Source: Eledone cirrhosa (Eukaryota). From it: DNA of 64,000 nucleotides. Positions 44,184 to 57,699 of the stretch are shown one piece after another. The notes beneath the pieces are model-generated. The model was not told the origin of the DNA. It saw only the letters and a list, made by a program, of their open reading frames with translations, and did no database searches. The position numbers were made by a program, and so were the translations under genes. The DNA lies in NCBI GenBank assembly GCA_964016885.1, contig OZ024741.1, positions 373,550,001-373,614,000 on the forward strand. The letters run 5' to 3'. How positions within the stretch are numbered: position 1 is the first letter of the stretch; the number at the start of each line of letters is the position of its first letter.

Positions 44184-47100
44184 ATCATCATCATCATCAT
44201 CATCAGGTTTAGCGTCCGTGTTCCACGCTTGCATGGGTTTGGACGGGGGTTTTCCCACTTGAGGCAAGAGTGGTTGTCTTGCTCGCATAGGACTGTCTGG
44301 CGGGTTTTCTACAGTTGGATGCCCTTCCTAACACCAACCACATTTACAGTGTGGGGCTGGGAGGTTTTTACCGTGTTGCCTACACGGCCACATTACAGCG
44401 TGGACTGTCTGGCGGGTTTTCTACAGCTGGATGCCCTTCCTAACACCAACCACATTTACAGTGTGGGGCTGGGAGGTTTTTACCGTGTTGCCTACACGGC
44501 CACATTTACAGCGTGGACTGTGTGTTTTTTGTCGTGACACCTACACGATCTCATTTGTTTCGGCCTGGATGTTGTGGGACCAACATAACTTTACATTGAA
44601 AGGGGCGGTGTGGGTGGGGTGGAGGGTGGTGGGACGGGGGTGTGTTTTGATAGAGATGCCTACTGACTGTAGTAGGTTTTTACTTTGTATTTAGGTAAGG
44701 CGGGTCTTCTCTATTACTGAGTACCGCCAAAGGTCTCGGTCCAGTGACATTGTCTTGGAGAGGTGTAAGCGTGTGAGGTCGGAATTTATCAGCTCGTCCC
44801 ATGTTTTTCTGGGTCTGCCTACTCCGTGGCTACCGTCTATCTTTATTGCCCTGCACTTTGTTATACAGCTGTCGTCTTTCATGCGCATCACGTGACCGTA
44901 CCAACGTAGCCTTCTCTCGAGTAAACAACATCTGATCCCTCTTATTTCTAATTTTTTCCTTAGTTCGTTTATGCTTTGCCGTTCACGTATATTACTATTG
45001 CACATCCAGCGGAGCATGCAAGCTTCGTTCCTCTCTAGTCTGCGTATATCCTCTGCACACAATGCCCAGGTCTCACTGCCATGCAGCATTGCTGTTCGTA
45101 TGCAGGCATCGTATAACCTGCTTTCATTTTTAGGGAGAACCCTCTAGCGGCTAATAGTGGTATAAGCTCTCTGAACTTTTTCCATCCAGTTCTGACTCTA
45201 GCTACTGTACTTTCAGAGCACCCTCCCCCACTGCTGATTTTGTCACCCAGATAACGGAAGCTGTCCACTATTTCTATAGAACCCTCTGCGCAGTTGAAGG
45301 AGCTAGTATTTTGTGGGCACTTGCTGCTACTTATTGCACCAGAGCACCGGCCACATGTAAAATCTATGTTCTTAGTTAGCTTACCTGTGATCCCACTACA
45401 TCTTTTATGCACCCATACTTTGCATTTGGGACATAAAATGGAGTTTCTACCTACGCCTTTCCTACACACTGAGCATGGCCATTTCCCCGATGGGACCGCC
45501 GCCTTATTTTCTTTCCTACAAACTAGAACTTTAGTCTTAGCCAGGTTAATTTTAAGGCCTTTTGATTCTAGGCCGTGCTTCCACGTTTGGAATTTCTTCT
45601 CTAGTTCGGTCATTGATTCAGCTATGAGCGTTAGATCATCTGCGTATAGGAGTTCCCATGGGCAGCCGGTCTTGAACTCCTCTGTTATAGCCTGAAGGGC
45701 AATAATAAATAGTAGGGGGCTAAGAACAGAGCCCTGATGGACACCAACTTTTACGCTAAACTCTTCACTATATTCGTTGTTAATTCTAACCTTACTGACT
45801 GTTTCTTTATACATGGCTTGTATAGCTCTCACAAGCCATTCGTCAACACCTAGTTTTCTAAGAGACCACCAGATAATGGAACGGGGGACTCTGTCGAAGG
45901 CTTTCTCCAAGTCGACGAAAGCTAAGTATAGGGGTTTACTTTTAGCTAGGTACTTCTCCTGTAGTTGTCGTACAATGAAAAGAGCGTCTGTGGTACTTTT
46001 GCCTGACACAAACCCGAACTGCATTTCATCTAGATCAATTCTCTCTCTGATTAGTTGCGCTATTACTTTTTCCGTGACCTTCATGACCTGGTCGATTAAT
46101 TTAATGCCTCTATAGTTACTCCTATCTAGGGCATCTCCTTTTCCCTTATAGCAGTTAACGATGATGCTGCTACGCCATTCCTTCGGAACAACCCCATTCT
46201 GTACGACTTGGTTAACTATCCGGGTGACCATGGTGTGTCCCACCAAACCAGAAGCCTTCAGCATCTCAGCAACTATTTCCGAAGGCCCAGCCGCCTTACC
46301 CGTCTTCATATCTTTGATTGCCTTACTTATTATACTACCTTCAACTAACACTGCTGGTCCCTCTATTGGATCGATCTGGGGGAGACTGTCTTTCTCCCAT
46401 TTGTTCTCCTCATTTAGAAGCCTTTCGTAGTGACACTTCCAAGCTACCTTCTTATCAGCGTCGGTGATGGCAAGTATGCCATCATCGTTAAGTACACACT
46501 TCTCCCCGACAATATCACGGTTTTCCTTGACACATTGCCTGGCAATCCTGAACACCTCACGTTTTTGGTCCTCACGTTGTAGAACATGCTTGAACTTTCT
46601 TTCCTCTGCTTCCCTTCTTGCGAAGTACACTTGTCTCCTAGCTTCCCTCCTGGCCACTTGATAGTCTTCTCTACTTCCCCCATCCCGCCATACTTTCCAA
46701 GCCTGCTTTTTGGCCTTAATTGACTCCTCCACCTTACTGTTCCACCACCATGTTACTCTCCTCCTACCTACAGGCCTGCTCCAGCCACAGACTTCGTCTG
46801 CCGCCGTCAGCAGGTTTGCTCTCAGGAATTCCCACTGTTCCTCTATATTATACGACTCTAATTGCTCTTCCTTACTCTCGAAAGCGTCAAGTAATATGCT
46901 TTGGAATTTATTTCTGGCTATGGGGTCCTTTAGCTTCCATATTTTTCTCCTGAGGATAGTCCTCTTCCGCTGTCTAGTACGTCTCGTCCTGACTATGAGG
47001 TCGCTAATTATCAGTCTATGTTGGGAGGTGAATTCTTCATGGGGGTGGGATTTAGTGTTAACAACAGACACTCTGTCACGTCTTCTGGTAAGGATATAAT

Positions 47101-47680
47101 CTACCTGGCTTGTGTGTTCCCCCGATCTATAGGTGATCAAGTGATTGTCTCGTTTTTTGAAGTTAGTGTTACAGATAGTTAAGTTATTTGCGTCGCAGAA
47201 TTCCAGGATTCTGGAGCCTTCCTCATTTCTAGTACCGAACCCATAGCCTCCATGGATTCCGTCATAGCCGTCACAATGTTGTCCAACGTGACCATTTAGG
47301 TCGCCTGCAATAACTATATAGTCACTGTCGGTTATTTGGGAGGTAGCGAGCATCAGTGTCTCGTAGAATTTGTCTTTTATAGCGCGGGGCAGTCCGGATT
47401 GGGGTGCGTACGCAGATATTACTGTCACCGTAGTTTTATTGAGGACAAGTCTTATTTTAATTATTCTGTCGTTCACTCTATTTACGTCTATTATCTTATC
47501 TGCCCACTTTTCTGCTACCATGATTCCTACCCCACCCAACCCATTGTCATTTCCCACCCAGAAAAGCTTATAGCATCGTTCTTTACCCACGATGAATCTA
47601 GCCGACCCTCCCCTCCACCTGGTCTCTTGAATACAACAAACATCGACCTCCTTACGTTCAAGCATTTCTACAACCTCGTT
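44184..47680 (-). mobile_element. Near full-length RTE family 1 LINE (APE-RT-PHD) with a single frameshift near 45120
   Basis: ORF 45035-47755 (906 aa; first ~25 aa derive from flank) plus 44691-45089; 3' UTR; (ATC)n tail. Confidence 0.96.
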
Positions 47681-47942
47681 ATATATATATATATATATAC
47701 ATACACATATACATATATCTGATAGAAGCAGCGATGTGGGGCACTTCCATATCAATTCTTTGTTTATATTTTGCTGTAACCCAGTAGGGATTACTGAAGT
47801 AAATCTTTTAAATTGTTTATGTTCATTACATCGGATGATGTTGCCAATTGTCTTACATCATGGTATGATGACATAAGCTGGCCATAAAAATAAGTATTAT
47901 GTAATTAAAGGAATATATTGCAATCCAACCTTCTATTTTCAT

Positions 47943-48023
47943 ATCATCATCATCATCATCATCATCATTTTACGTCCGCTTTTCCCTGCTTGCAAAGGTG
48001 GGACGGGTCTTATTCAGTACAGT
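47943..48023 (-). mobile_element. RTE family 2 extreme 3' end
   Basis: Matches 39018-39097. Confidence 0.82.
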
Positions 48024-48321
48024 ATATATATATACACACACACACACTCTCCTAAGATGCCACAGAGTCAGTTTGAACCAAAAGCCATGTGATTTGGAAG
48101 AAAATTTCTTAACACCTCAGATTTACTTGCACTTTTCAAAACAGCCACTAAAAAGTTTTACTTTTGAAGTTTATGGAATTTCAGTTTGGCTTTATGAAAG
48201 GCCATGAATATTGATTTGGGCTTCAGCTTCAACACTGCCTATCTAAAACAAAGTTTTAACATCATAATCTTAAAGAGACTTCTTTTTTTTCTTTGCCCAC
48301 GTATTCCTGGGAGGGTTGTGG

Positions 48322-48724
48322 TATAATGGGTTTTAGGGTCAATTCTTAATATACATAATAGAGATCAGAAGGCATTTAGAACATTGACTAAATCCATTAT
48401 CGATGTTGTAACTCTATTTATTAGTCGTACATGTTGAACGGATACATTAGGTACAGGTCGTATCTACATGTGTAGGATGTAGCTTGGTCCGCTTCATTGC
48501 AAGATGGAGATGTTGTTAGCAGCGATGAGTGTAGCCTGGTCTTGTCGATAAGAGAGGTGCGTGTAGACTAATGACTCTCTTGGTCACCTCCGCTCACACT
48601 GGTGACGTAGTTCTAGACAGTCGAATTAGTGCGCCGAAGGTTTTGATTGGCCCACACTTCAGCCAACTTACCTCTGTAACACCATTCCTCCGCAGAAGGA
48701 AAATACATTTTATTCACTGCTACA
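48322..48724 (-). repeat. 3' LTR (TG...TA), preceded by the PPT AAGCAGGGGGTGA
   Basis: Direct repeat of 53654-54056 with about 5 transitions counted by eye. Confidence 0.95.
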
Positions 48725-48946
48725 TCACCCCCTGCTTAGGCTTACAGCCGACAGAGAAATAAGGGTAGCAGTTGAATGAAAGAAAAAGTACTATATAATA
48801 GTAAACACAATAAAATATATCACTGATAAAGAAATGTTCATATTACAGGAAAGTCAGAAATAGTGTAATGTTCACCTTAGTTCATACATTTAATACAAAT
48901 ACAAGGGCGGAGCAAACTCCAAGAAGATTGCTGTAAATAACATAGT

Positions 48947-51900
48947 TCATATATAAAGAGTCTTGCAAAGCTTCTTGGGCCAATGTACTCGCCGACCGCT
49001 ACGTGTGGTGGTGACATATGTAGGTGTAGGTGTGTGCGATGTTATATGTGTATTGTGGCTTGGCTGCTGCCAGGTGTATGTGGGGGGAAAATGGGGCTCT
49101 TGTGTGAGAGTGTCTGTATAGGCCCGTTTTACCCTGTCAATGGACACAGTCTCTTTTTTACCCCCAATGTCTAGGGTGAATAGCTTATCTGTGCGCTCAA
49201 GCACGCGATAGGGACCGGTATACGGTGGCATGAGAGGAGCTCTCACGGCGTCCTTTCGTAAAAAGACGTGGGTCCATGAAGCAATGTCTTTCGGGACCGA
49301 AGATTTGATTGTCTGTTGGCGAGGGTGCATAGGCGGAAGATTGCTGAAATATGATTGCAGTCTGCTCACATACAGAGCTGGGTCTGTTGCTGGTAGGTCC
49401 AATGGAGCTAACATCTGACCAGGCAGAGATATAGGCACTCCGTAAACCAACTCGGCGGGGGAGTAGCCTAGATCTTCCCTGATGGCTGCACGACAGCCCA
49501 GGAGGACAATTGGTACATATTCGCTCCACCGCTGCTGATCCGGATAAGCGCGCAGTGCGGCTTTCAATTGGCGGTGGAAGCGTTCAATCATTCCGTTAGA
49601 AGCTGGATGGTAGCTGGTCGTTCGAATGCGTTGCATTCCCAGGATCCTTGAGAGCTCTCGGAAAAGGTGTGACTCAAATTGTCCACCGCGGTCAGTGGTG
49701 ATAGTGGCTGGAACTCCGTAACACGATATCCAACCCGATACTAGGGCTCGCGCTACAGATTCCGTCGAAATGTCACTTAAAGGAATGGCTTCAGGCCAAC
49801 GTGTGAAGCGATCTATGCAGGTCAGGAGGTATGTAAATCCTCGGCTGACCGGCCATGGTCCGACAAGATCTATATGGACATGGCTGAACCGAGCGTCTGG
49901 AGTGCTGAAAGTTCCAAGGGGTGCGCGAATGTGTTTGTGCACCTTTGACTTTTGGCAGGATAGGCAGGAACGTGTCCAGGCAGTGATGTCACGCCTCATA
50001 TTAGGCCAGAAGAATCTAGCCGAAATGAGCTTCACTGTGGTCGATATTCCAGGGTGTGCCAGACCGTGCAAGGTGTCGAAAACTGCTCGACGATGAGTCA
50101 CTGGCACTAGAGGGCGAGGTGCATCTGCCGACGTGTCGCAGATAATCTGTGTGTCCGAAGTGGGTACAGGCAGATATGCAAATTTGCCAGTTGCAAATTC
50201 AGAAGACGAGAGGTCCAAAGTATCCAGAGGTGGTTGTTCTGTGGCCATTCGTTGGAGGTCGATTTCCGCTGGCGATGACAGGGAATTAATTGGGAGGCGA
50301 GACAGTGCATCTGCCGCCGCATTCTGTTCACCAGAGATGTGTCGGATATCGCTGGTAAATTGCGAAACGAAGTCCAAGTGGCGAGTTTCGCGAGGTGAAT
50401 ATTTGTCCGGCTTAGAACGCAGTGCGAACGTAAGCGGACGGTGGTCAGTGTATATAACAAATTGGCGACCCTCCAGTGAATGCCGAAAGTGTTTCACTGC
50501 AAGGTACATAGCCAAGAGTTCACGGCCGAATGTGCTATACCGTGTTTCTGCAGGCTTCAGCTGTTTAGAAAAGTAGGCAAGAGGTTGTAACTGTTGTTGG
50601 TGATGTTGTTGCAGTACTGCACCTACAGCCGTGCCTGATGCATCAACAACCAGTGAAAACTGGGCACCAGACACAGGATGTGCAAGCAGTGATGTCTCCG
50701 CAAGCTTCCGCTTCACTTCGTCGAAGGCTTTTAGCTGATTCGTGTCCAATGAAATGGAATCGTTCTTCCTTTTCCTGTTACGTAACAGGTCGGACAGAGG
50801 AGACAGGAGATCCGCACAGTGTGGGATAAAGCGCCTGTAATAGTTCAGTAGCCCAAGGAAATGTCGTAGTTGACGAAGTGAAGTGGGTGGTTGGAGGTCT
50901 TGTACCGCTTTCACTTTATCAGGTAGTGGCGAAATTCCTTCTGGGCTGATGACATGGCCCAAGAAGACAAATGAGGAAGCACCGAAAACACATTTTGCCG
51001 GATTAATTCTCACTTGGTATTTTTGAAATCTCTCGAACAGGAGACGGAGGTGAGTGACATGTTCCTCAGGTGAGGCACTTGCCACAAGAATGTCGTCGAT
51101 GTAGTTGTACACGAAGTCTAAATCGCGCACAACTTCATCCATAAATCGTTGGAACGTGCTGGCTGCGTTTCGCAAACCGAAAGGCATGGTCAAAAATTCA
51201 AACGCTCCAAATGGAGTTGTTACTGCAGTTTTAGGTATGTCTGCCGGGTTCACCGGGATTTGGTGGTATGCTTTGACCAAATCCAATTTGGAGAATATGT
51301 TGCATCCATGCAGCGAAGATGCAAAATCCTGTATGTGTGGTATCGGGTAGCGGTCGGGTACCGTCATTGCATTTAACCGCCGAAAGTTCCCAGTGGGACG
51401 CCAATCACCGGAACGCTTTGGTACCAAATGCAAGGGTGCGGCCCACAGGCTTGAGGATGGGCGAATGATCCCGAGCTGCAGCATGTGATTGAATTCAGCC
51501 TTTGCGGCCTTCAGTTTCTCAGCAGAGAGACGGCGAGGGCGCGAAAACACAGGAGCTCCGGATGTTTCAATGTGGTGCTTGGTGGAGTGAGTAAACTCAC
51601 TCATCACAAAATTCAAATTTGTTAATTCCGGGAAGGAATGCAAAAGTGATTGGTAAGGATCTTCTGTAGCAGCGATAAAGAAGACCGGGCTGACCGACGA
51701 GACAGTCGATCTGGTACCCGGCACAGACAGTTCTGTGTTGGCATCCAACAACCGGTGTCTGCTCATATCCACTATCAAGTTATAGTGGTGCAGGAAATCT
51801 GAGCCTAGGATGGGGTAAGGCAGATCAGCAACAGTGAAGATCCACGTGAAATCTCTACGCAATTCCAGGTTCAAAGAACGAGAAATCTGACCGTACGTGG

Positions 51901-52126
51901 GGATCGGTGACTGGTTTACTGCTTGCAGAGAGACGGTTGAGAGTTGGGGCTTCTCTTTGAGAAGTTTTAGCGGCCAAATGCTACAAGCCGCGCCGGTGTC
52001 GATCAGACAACATGCTTGCGACTCAGTGTCTGTGATGAAAAACACACGGTTATTAGGGAGGGTCAGAGGAGACTGTGCCGTGCTCAGGTCTCCTGAAATC
52101 TGTTTCCCTGGCCTGAAAATGTACAA
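48947..52126 (-). CDS. pol: Gypsy Pol (protease, RT, RNase H, integrase), intact; probably expressed by -1 frameshift
   Basis: LIDTGA, YIDD, DAS..ELLA..TDH..ADALSR, HHCC, DDE, GPY. Confidence 0.95.
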   Translation of the reverse strand: MYIFRPGKQISGDLSTAQSPLTLPNNRVFFITDTESQACCLIDTGAACSIWPLKLLKEKPQLSTVSLQAVNQSPIPTYGQISRSLNLELRRDFTWIFTVADLPYPILGSDFLHHYNLIVDMSRHRLLDANTELSVPGTRSTVSSVSPVFFIAATEDPYQSLLHSFPELTNLNFVMSEFTHSTKHHIETSGAPVFSRPRRLSAEKLKAAKAEFNHMLQLGIIRPSSSLWAAPLHLVPKRSGDWRPTGNFRRLNAMTVPDRYPIPHIQDFASSLHGCNIFSKLDLVKAYHQIPVNPADIPKTAVTTPFGAFEFLTMPFGLRNAASTFQRFMDEVVRDLDFVYNYIDDILVASASPEEHVTHLRLLFERFQKYQVRINPAKCVFGASSFVFLGHVISPEGISPLPDKVKAVQDLQPPTSLRQLRHFLGLLNYYRRFIPHCADLLSPLSDLLRNRKRKNDSISLDTNQLKAFDEVKRKLAETSLLAHPVSGAQFSLVVDASGTAVGAVLQQHHQQQLQPLAYFSKQLKPAETRYSTFGRELLAMYLAVKHFRHSLEGRQFVIYTDHRPLTFALRSKPDKYSPRETRHLDFVSQFTSDIRHISGEQNAAADALSRLPINSLSSPAEIDLQRMATEQPPLDTLDLSSSEFATGKFAYLPVPTSDTQIICDTSADAPRPLVPVTHRRAVFDTLHGLAHPGISTTVKLISARFFWPNMRRDITAWTRSCLSCQKSKVHKHIRAPLGTFSTPDARFSHVHIDLVGPWPVSRGFTYLLTCIDRFTRWPEAIPLSDISTESVARALVSGWISCYGVPATITTDRGGQFESHLFRELSRILGMQRIRTTSYHPASNGMIERFHRQLKAALRAYPDQQRWSEYVPIVLLGCRAAIREDLGYSPAELVYGVPISLPGQMLAPLDLPATDPALYVSRLQSYFSNLPPMHPRQQTIKSSVPKDIASWTHVFLRKDAVRAPLMPPYTGPYRVLERTDKLFTLDIGGKKETVSIDRVKRAYTDTLTQEPHFPPTYTWQQPSHNTHITSHTPTPTYVTTTRSGRRVHWPKKLCKTLYI

Positions 52127-52992
52127 GGCTGTTTACAGGAGCGTGCTGCTGCGCCAAAACGGCTGTGGTAGTAACACAAACCTGAACTGCTTGTGTGACG
52201 GCGTCGTGGCGAGGGTGAACGGCTCTGGAAGCGGCGTCTGGGCGAATGAGCCCTGTGAGTGCTTAGTTTTCTCACTTCCTTGGTTAGCTGCTCTATTGCT
52301 TGCAGCATTGCTGCATTTGCAAGTGACTGGTCGGTATAACTGGCAGCCGCTGGAGTGAAGGAAGCGACCGCAGTCGGCGGCTGGGATACATTGACGGAGA
52401 CAGGAGTGAACGGATTGACCGCAGCCGGTGGCTGGGGTGCCTGGAAGGGGGCAGGAGAGAACGGATTGACCGCAGCCGGTGGCTGAGGTGCCTGGAAGGG
52501 GGCAAATGAGGCTGGGTGTCCGATGACACTCATAACCCTGTCGGCCGAAGCCGCTAGCTGGTCGACAGGAGCAGCCTCCATCATGGGCGCTAAGATCGCC
52601 TGAACTCCGGGGGGTAGCCTTGAGACAAAAAGCTGTCTAAGGAGGGCACTGTCAGCTGGGGCATCTTCCGCCAGCTCTCTCATCCGACGCAGTAGTTGTG
52701 TGGGCGTCCGATCACCCAAATGTTCGTCATTGACGAGTGTCTGACATTTTTTTTCTGCGGACAATGTGGTCCGCCGCAACACTTCGAGCTTCACGCTCTC
52801 ATAGGAGGCCCCAGGGCGAGGATCGGTAATTAAGTCTTTGACGACCGACGTCAATGACGCTGGAAAAGCGCTTAACAGGAGATTTAACTGTCTGTGGTCA
52901 CTGGTGATGTTATTCGCTGTGAAATGTGCTTCTATCTGGGCGAACCAGACAGTGACGTCACCGGTAAACGGTGGCAATGAAGTGCTACCCAT
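52084..52992 (-). CDS. gag: Gypsy Gag with CYYH..C..C knuckle and a duplicated [15 protein letters not shown] segment
   Basis: [44 protein letters not shown]; first ATG at 52992. Confidence 0.9.
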   Translation of the reverse strand: MGSTSLPPFTGDVTVWFAQIEAHFTANNITSDHRQLNLLLSAFPASLTSVVKDLITDPRPGASYESVKLEVLRRTTLSAEKKCQTLVNDEHLGDRTPTQLLRRMRELAEDAPADSALLRQLFVSRLPPGVQAILAPMMEAAPVDQLAASADRVMSVIGHPASFAPFQAPQPPAAVNPFSPAPFQAPQPPAAVNPFTPVSVNVSQPPTAVASFTPAAASYTDQSLANAAMLQAIEQLTKEVRKLSTHRAHSPRRRFQSRSPSPRRRHTSSSGLCYYHSRFGAAARSCKQPCTFSGQGNRFQET

Positions 52993-53633
52993 TGTGTATA
53001 CTGATGTAAAAGCAAAGGGCAAAGAAAGGACAACTCTGCACTTGTCACCGAGACAAAAGTGAAAATTCAGGCCAAGAAAATATATAATCCGAGTGAAGGA
53101 CAGAAAAAGAAAAATATATCAAAAACAATGTTGGAGGGGAAAAACGTCAAGCTTTAAAAAAAAAAAATTATGATTTATCTTTGTCCTATTATTTTTTTTT
53201 TTTTGTGTACTTTTCAAAATGGCGTTGCCTCCGTCGTTTTGGCGGGAAAACAGCTGAAGAAGACGGAAGTCGGCCATCCTGCTCTGACCGGCTATCAGCA
53301 CCAACAGTTTTTTTTTTTTTTTTTTTTCAGAAATTGAGAGGGAAATTGAGAGGGAAAAATAAGATTTTTGTATTAACGCATGTGTTCGGTGATGTTAGAA
53401 AGTGAAGGTGTGATGTGCAGATTTAGTAACAATAAGACAATATATCAAATACATATTAGGACTCACGCTAATCGCGTACATACCCCGAGAAAAGGCGAGT
53501 GGCTTTGTTTTTTCTTTTTTTGGGGGGGATGCGAAATGTTGATGTGTTCGTTGCAACGGAAAGATGTGGTTTCTTCTGTGTTGATGTCCTTAAACGTTCG
53601 GGTCACCATTTATAATGTGATTTGTTGTATCGT

Positions 53634-53651
53634 ATCACGTCGGGGTCACCA
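53634..53651 (-). promoter_or_regulatory. Primer-binding site complementary to the tRNA-Trp 3' end
   Basis: TGGTGACCCCGACGTGAT, 2 nt from the 5' LTR. Confidence 0.88.
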
Positions 53652-53653
53652 TT

Positions 53654-54056
53654 TATAACGGGTTTTAGGGTCAATTCTTAATATACATAATAGAGATCAG
53701 AAGGCATTTAGAACATTGACTAAATCCATTATCGATGTTGTAACTCTATTTATTAGTCGTACATGTTGAACGGATACATTAGGTACAGGTCGTATCTACA
53801 TGTGTAGGATGTAGCTTGGTCCGCTTCATTGCAAGATGGAGATGTTGTTAGCAGCGATGAGTGTAGCCTGGTCTTGTCGATAAGAGAGGTGCGTGTAGAC
53901 TAATGACTCTCTTGGTCACCTCCGCTCACACTGGTGATGTAGTTCTGGACAGTCGAATTAGTGCGCCGAAGGTTTTGATTGGCTCACACTTCAGCCAACT
54001 TACCTCCGTAACACCATTCCTCCGCAGAAGGAAAATACATTTTATTCACTGCTACA
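53654..54056 (-). repeat. 5' LTR
   Basis: Direct repeat of 48322-48724. Confidence 0.95.
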
Positions 54057-54229
54057 GTGGGAGCAGAGTGCTTAAACACTTCTTCGAATGGGTCCTATCT
54101 AAAGCAACCATTTTCAATTGATCCAGCTGGATCCCCAAGCGAGATCAGCTGAGCTCATGGATGTTATCCAACCATCTTACTCAGGGTCTACCCCAGGGAC
54201 TCCTGCCAGTTGGTTTTGCCCATAAATAT

Positions 54230-54675
54230 GTCCATTGATCCTTTCCTGAGACACTCTAACCACATGTACTGTAATCTCTCAATTCCACAGGACCTGTTGT
54301 GGAAGGTTCTGCTGGAGTATGGGATCGATGGACATCTTGTTGCCCTGATGTCTCTATACAAATGTCCTAGTATTTCTGTTTGGGTAAATGGTGCTAATTT
54401 GAAACCATTTAATGTGGGTGACAGACTCTGCCAAGGGTGCATTCTGTCTTCACCCTGTAAGGTGGCCATGCTTGTGCCATGACAAAAATCACTCCGTCCA
54501 CCCCGTCAGCAAGTAGTGCTGGTGTGATGAAAAAAGCTCCTAGTACATGCTGTAAATTAGCTGGTGTTCAAAAGGGTTTCCAGACGAGCTAAAAATGACC
54601 TGTTTAGCCTCATAATGTGACAACCCATCTAACTTATGCACACATGGGAAATAGAAGTTAAATGGTGGTGACAGT
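54230..54675 (+). mobile_element. Old degenerate RTE-like RT fragment and 3' end
   Basis: LWKVLLEYGI..F.VG..L.QGCILS and a decayed terminal motif. Confidence 0.6.
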
Positions 54676-55579
54676 GAAAGGTATTCAGAATTTCAAATGT
54701 AGTCATTGACAAGAAAGACAAAAGCTCATTAACTCTTAACATCCTGTAATAATTTAGCAGATATGATCTAAATACAATTTTTTTTAAAGTTCAAATGTTT
54801 ATAGTATCCTTGCTAATGGAGATATTACTGTGAAAATTTGTAGTATACTAAAGACTAATTTTTCATGCTGCTTTGTACTTTTCAAAAGTGTTTTGTTAGT
54901 GTTGGTTAATGCAGTAGAAGTTGTGAATAGCTTATGGTACACAACGTCATAATTTATGCATAACCCCACAATTTGACAACCAGAAATACCTGTTATAGGA
55001 AATGCAATTAAAATTACTGTTTAAAACATATTTGATGTATTTTACTAAGACTTGCTTTTCAAGATGTTTAGTTGTGGTGATACTTAAAATTGTTTACAAT
55101 TCTTCTCTCTGAAACATATATACATATATATGGTAGTTCTGATGCCATGAAAAAATGCACCTAGTCCACACTATACAGCGGTGGTGCCATGAAAAAGCAC
55201 TCGGTTTTTCCTGACAGGTAGTAGTGGTAGTGCTATGAAGAAAACAAACCCAGTACATACTGTGATGTAGTTGGCATTAAGAAGGGCATCTAGTCATAGA
55301 AACCATGCCAAAATGGAACATATGAGCAGGATGTAGTCATCTGACGTGTCTAGCCTCAGAATGTGACAACCTGGCTAAACCCATGTAAGTATGAAAAATA
55401 AATGTAAAATATTGATAATAATGATGATATGTATACATGAAAAGGCAGACATAAAATGTTGATGATGATGACATATACATATGCACCCACACTGCACTCC
55501 CATCTAAACTACATAAGTGGAGTAAAGATCATAAAGCAGCCACACAAGTTAAATATATGGTAAGAGACTCTCTCGTTGA

Positions 55580-57312
55580 TATGTAATAAATCTTATTGCT
55601 GTATCAGATGAAAGAATGGTATTTAACTAATGTATTGGTATGCGATGGGGCCCACCCACAGCCCCGGAGGACAGAATGGAGAAGGCGTTTCCCCGGAAGA
55701 CGGCAAGGGAGACGCGCTGGAAAAGCCACTCCAGCTCGCGGGGCTCACACTTGTGGCTGGCCAGCTCAGCACCTATGGTGGTGAGTAAGGAGGTAGCCCT
55801 GGGGCCGAGGACACCAGAAGTCTCCACTGCCAAGGGAACGACCACAAACCTGTCGGAGAGCGACCAGTATTTGAGGAGTTTGGCCCCCTCAGCCCAATGT
55901 GCAGCAGAACCTGGGTCAGTCGCAGACTGCACCAGGTTGCGGCTGCAGAAAGTGTCGGTGCAAGTGGCATCCCAGACGAGGGGTTTGCCACCGCGGAACG
56001 GGAAGATGGTCATGCCATCTGGTCTTTTGCCGTCCCCTCAATCCAGCCCCACCAGCTCAAGCTGGGAAGGGAAGCCTGCAGCGTCCAAGTCATGCTTAAT
56101 GACCTCGTTGAGGGCAGTATGACGTGGAATGCGGCCGGCACTGTGGTGACAGGAAAGCGGGTGGAGGCCGAAAGAGTCCACGGTGGAACCGCAGCGACAT
56201 TGGTGTGGCTGGCAGATCCGGAGGCCGAGCCTCAGGGAAACGCCGATTCGCAGGCTATGGTTGTCTAGCTGCGTGCCAGTAGAGAAGGAGGGCAGAGCAT
56301 GGAGCCAGGCACCACTGTGGCGTTTGGAGGCCGCACGAAAACAAGCAAGGCGATGCTGGTCGAGCTGGCGCGTGAGCCTGTCTGAGGCCAGGCTGCACTG
56401 GATGGCATCCCAAGTGCGTTGGAGGGACTTGGTGTCAACAGAGGGATAAGGAGGAGGGACGTCTACTGGGCTAAGTCCCAGCCAGTCCCACATCTCACAG
56501 CAGATGGCCTCACGTTCTCTGAACACAGAGGGTTCTGTTGTTTTGAAGAACCCTGCTGACGAGGACGCGGCACGGGGTTACCGACGAAAGATACGCTGGC
56601 AAAGCTAGTGAGATCAGGGACTGGAGGCCTGTTGCCACCCTATATCTTCAAACTTGACGTTGCATATCCCCTCGGCTGCTGCTCGGATACAAGTATTGAG
56701 GAGAGATGTCTGGGTATAGCATGGAGCGTTGCGGAGTGTATAGAGGAGCTTCGGCATGGCGAAGCAGTTCCTCAGCAGAAAGAGAGCTGGGTGGCCGTCA
56801 ATCAAGCCCAGTCGGCTCGTGAGAGTTTGGAACTGTTGAAGCCTGGACCTGATGGTGGAGCGGATGGCCGGCGGGTGGATCGGTGACCCGAGGATGAGGA
56901 CATTCTCTTTGGGGGTCACCTGAACCTGGCAGAGAATGGACCGCACGTCCAAGACGGAGGCTGCAAAGCTCGCAGCATCGAGGCTGACGTTCACCACATC
57001 CGACTTGGCCGAGTTGACCTGGAGGCCGATTCCCGCCAGGGCAGGAATCACCGATTGAAGGTCTTGGTAGACCGTCCGTACGGGCCTGCCCAACATATCA
57101 TCATCCAGATACCAAACGTTGAGAGGCAGCGCGATACTTCGGGCGATGTGGTCAATACCAAGGGCGAACAGGAGGGGTCCCAAAGGGTCGCCCTGTTTTA
57201 CTCCAGTAGCCGATGGTATGACCGTATCAGCAGCTAGGAGCATGCTCGGGGCTCCATATGACAGGTAGGCCAGCGGGTAGGCAGAGGGGCCTCAGCTGAG
57301 GCAGGCCTCGAA
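55580..57312 (-). mobile_element. CRE-type non-LTR retrotransposon (RT + CCHC + restriction-like endonuclease), 5'-truncated and frameshifted
   Basis: GVKQGDPLGPLLF, WYLDD, SGAWLHALP, CRCG..HPLSC..RH, RPDG, WDAT, K..KY, PLAVETSG. Confidence 0.88.
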
Positions 57313-57699
57313 CATTTTCATTGTATTTATTCTTCATAATAGTATGACTTTTGTACAAATGTTTTATGGCCTTTTCTTTAATAAATCAGGGTTTGGCCTT
57401 GCAGACCCCACAAAATGAGGTCCTTTTTCAGGCAATGATATACATTCAGATGCTCTTTGTGGCATCAACCCTTTTAATCCACACTTACAACACGATGCAA
57501 TGATGCAGTATAGTAATTCTAAACCTGATACAGACAATATTTCTCACAAATCTGATACTGAAGTTAATTTATATTATTCAAACAATAAGTAAAAGACAAG
57601 ACCAGAACCAGAATTTCACGTGCTATATGAAATTTGAGGCTCTTTAGAAAAATTCTCTAAAAACATTTATATTAATGTTAATGATAAAATATATATATA

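Larger units (their letters stand above)
48322..54056 (-). mobile_element. Full-length Ty3/Gypsy LTR retrotransposon with 4-bp TSD GTGG
   Basis: 403-bp LTRs at 48322-48724 and 53654-54056; GTGG at 48318-48321 and 54057-54060; PBS, PPT, gag, pol. Confidence 0.97.

Noticed and set aside
48571-48762. 63-72-aa ORFs repeated at 48571 and 53903
   Set aside because: Chance antisense ORFs within the two LTRs
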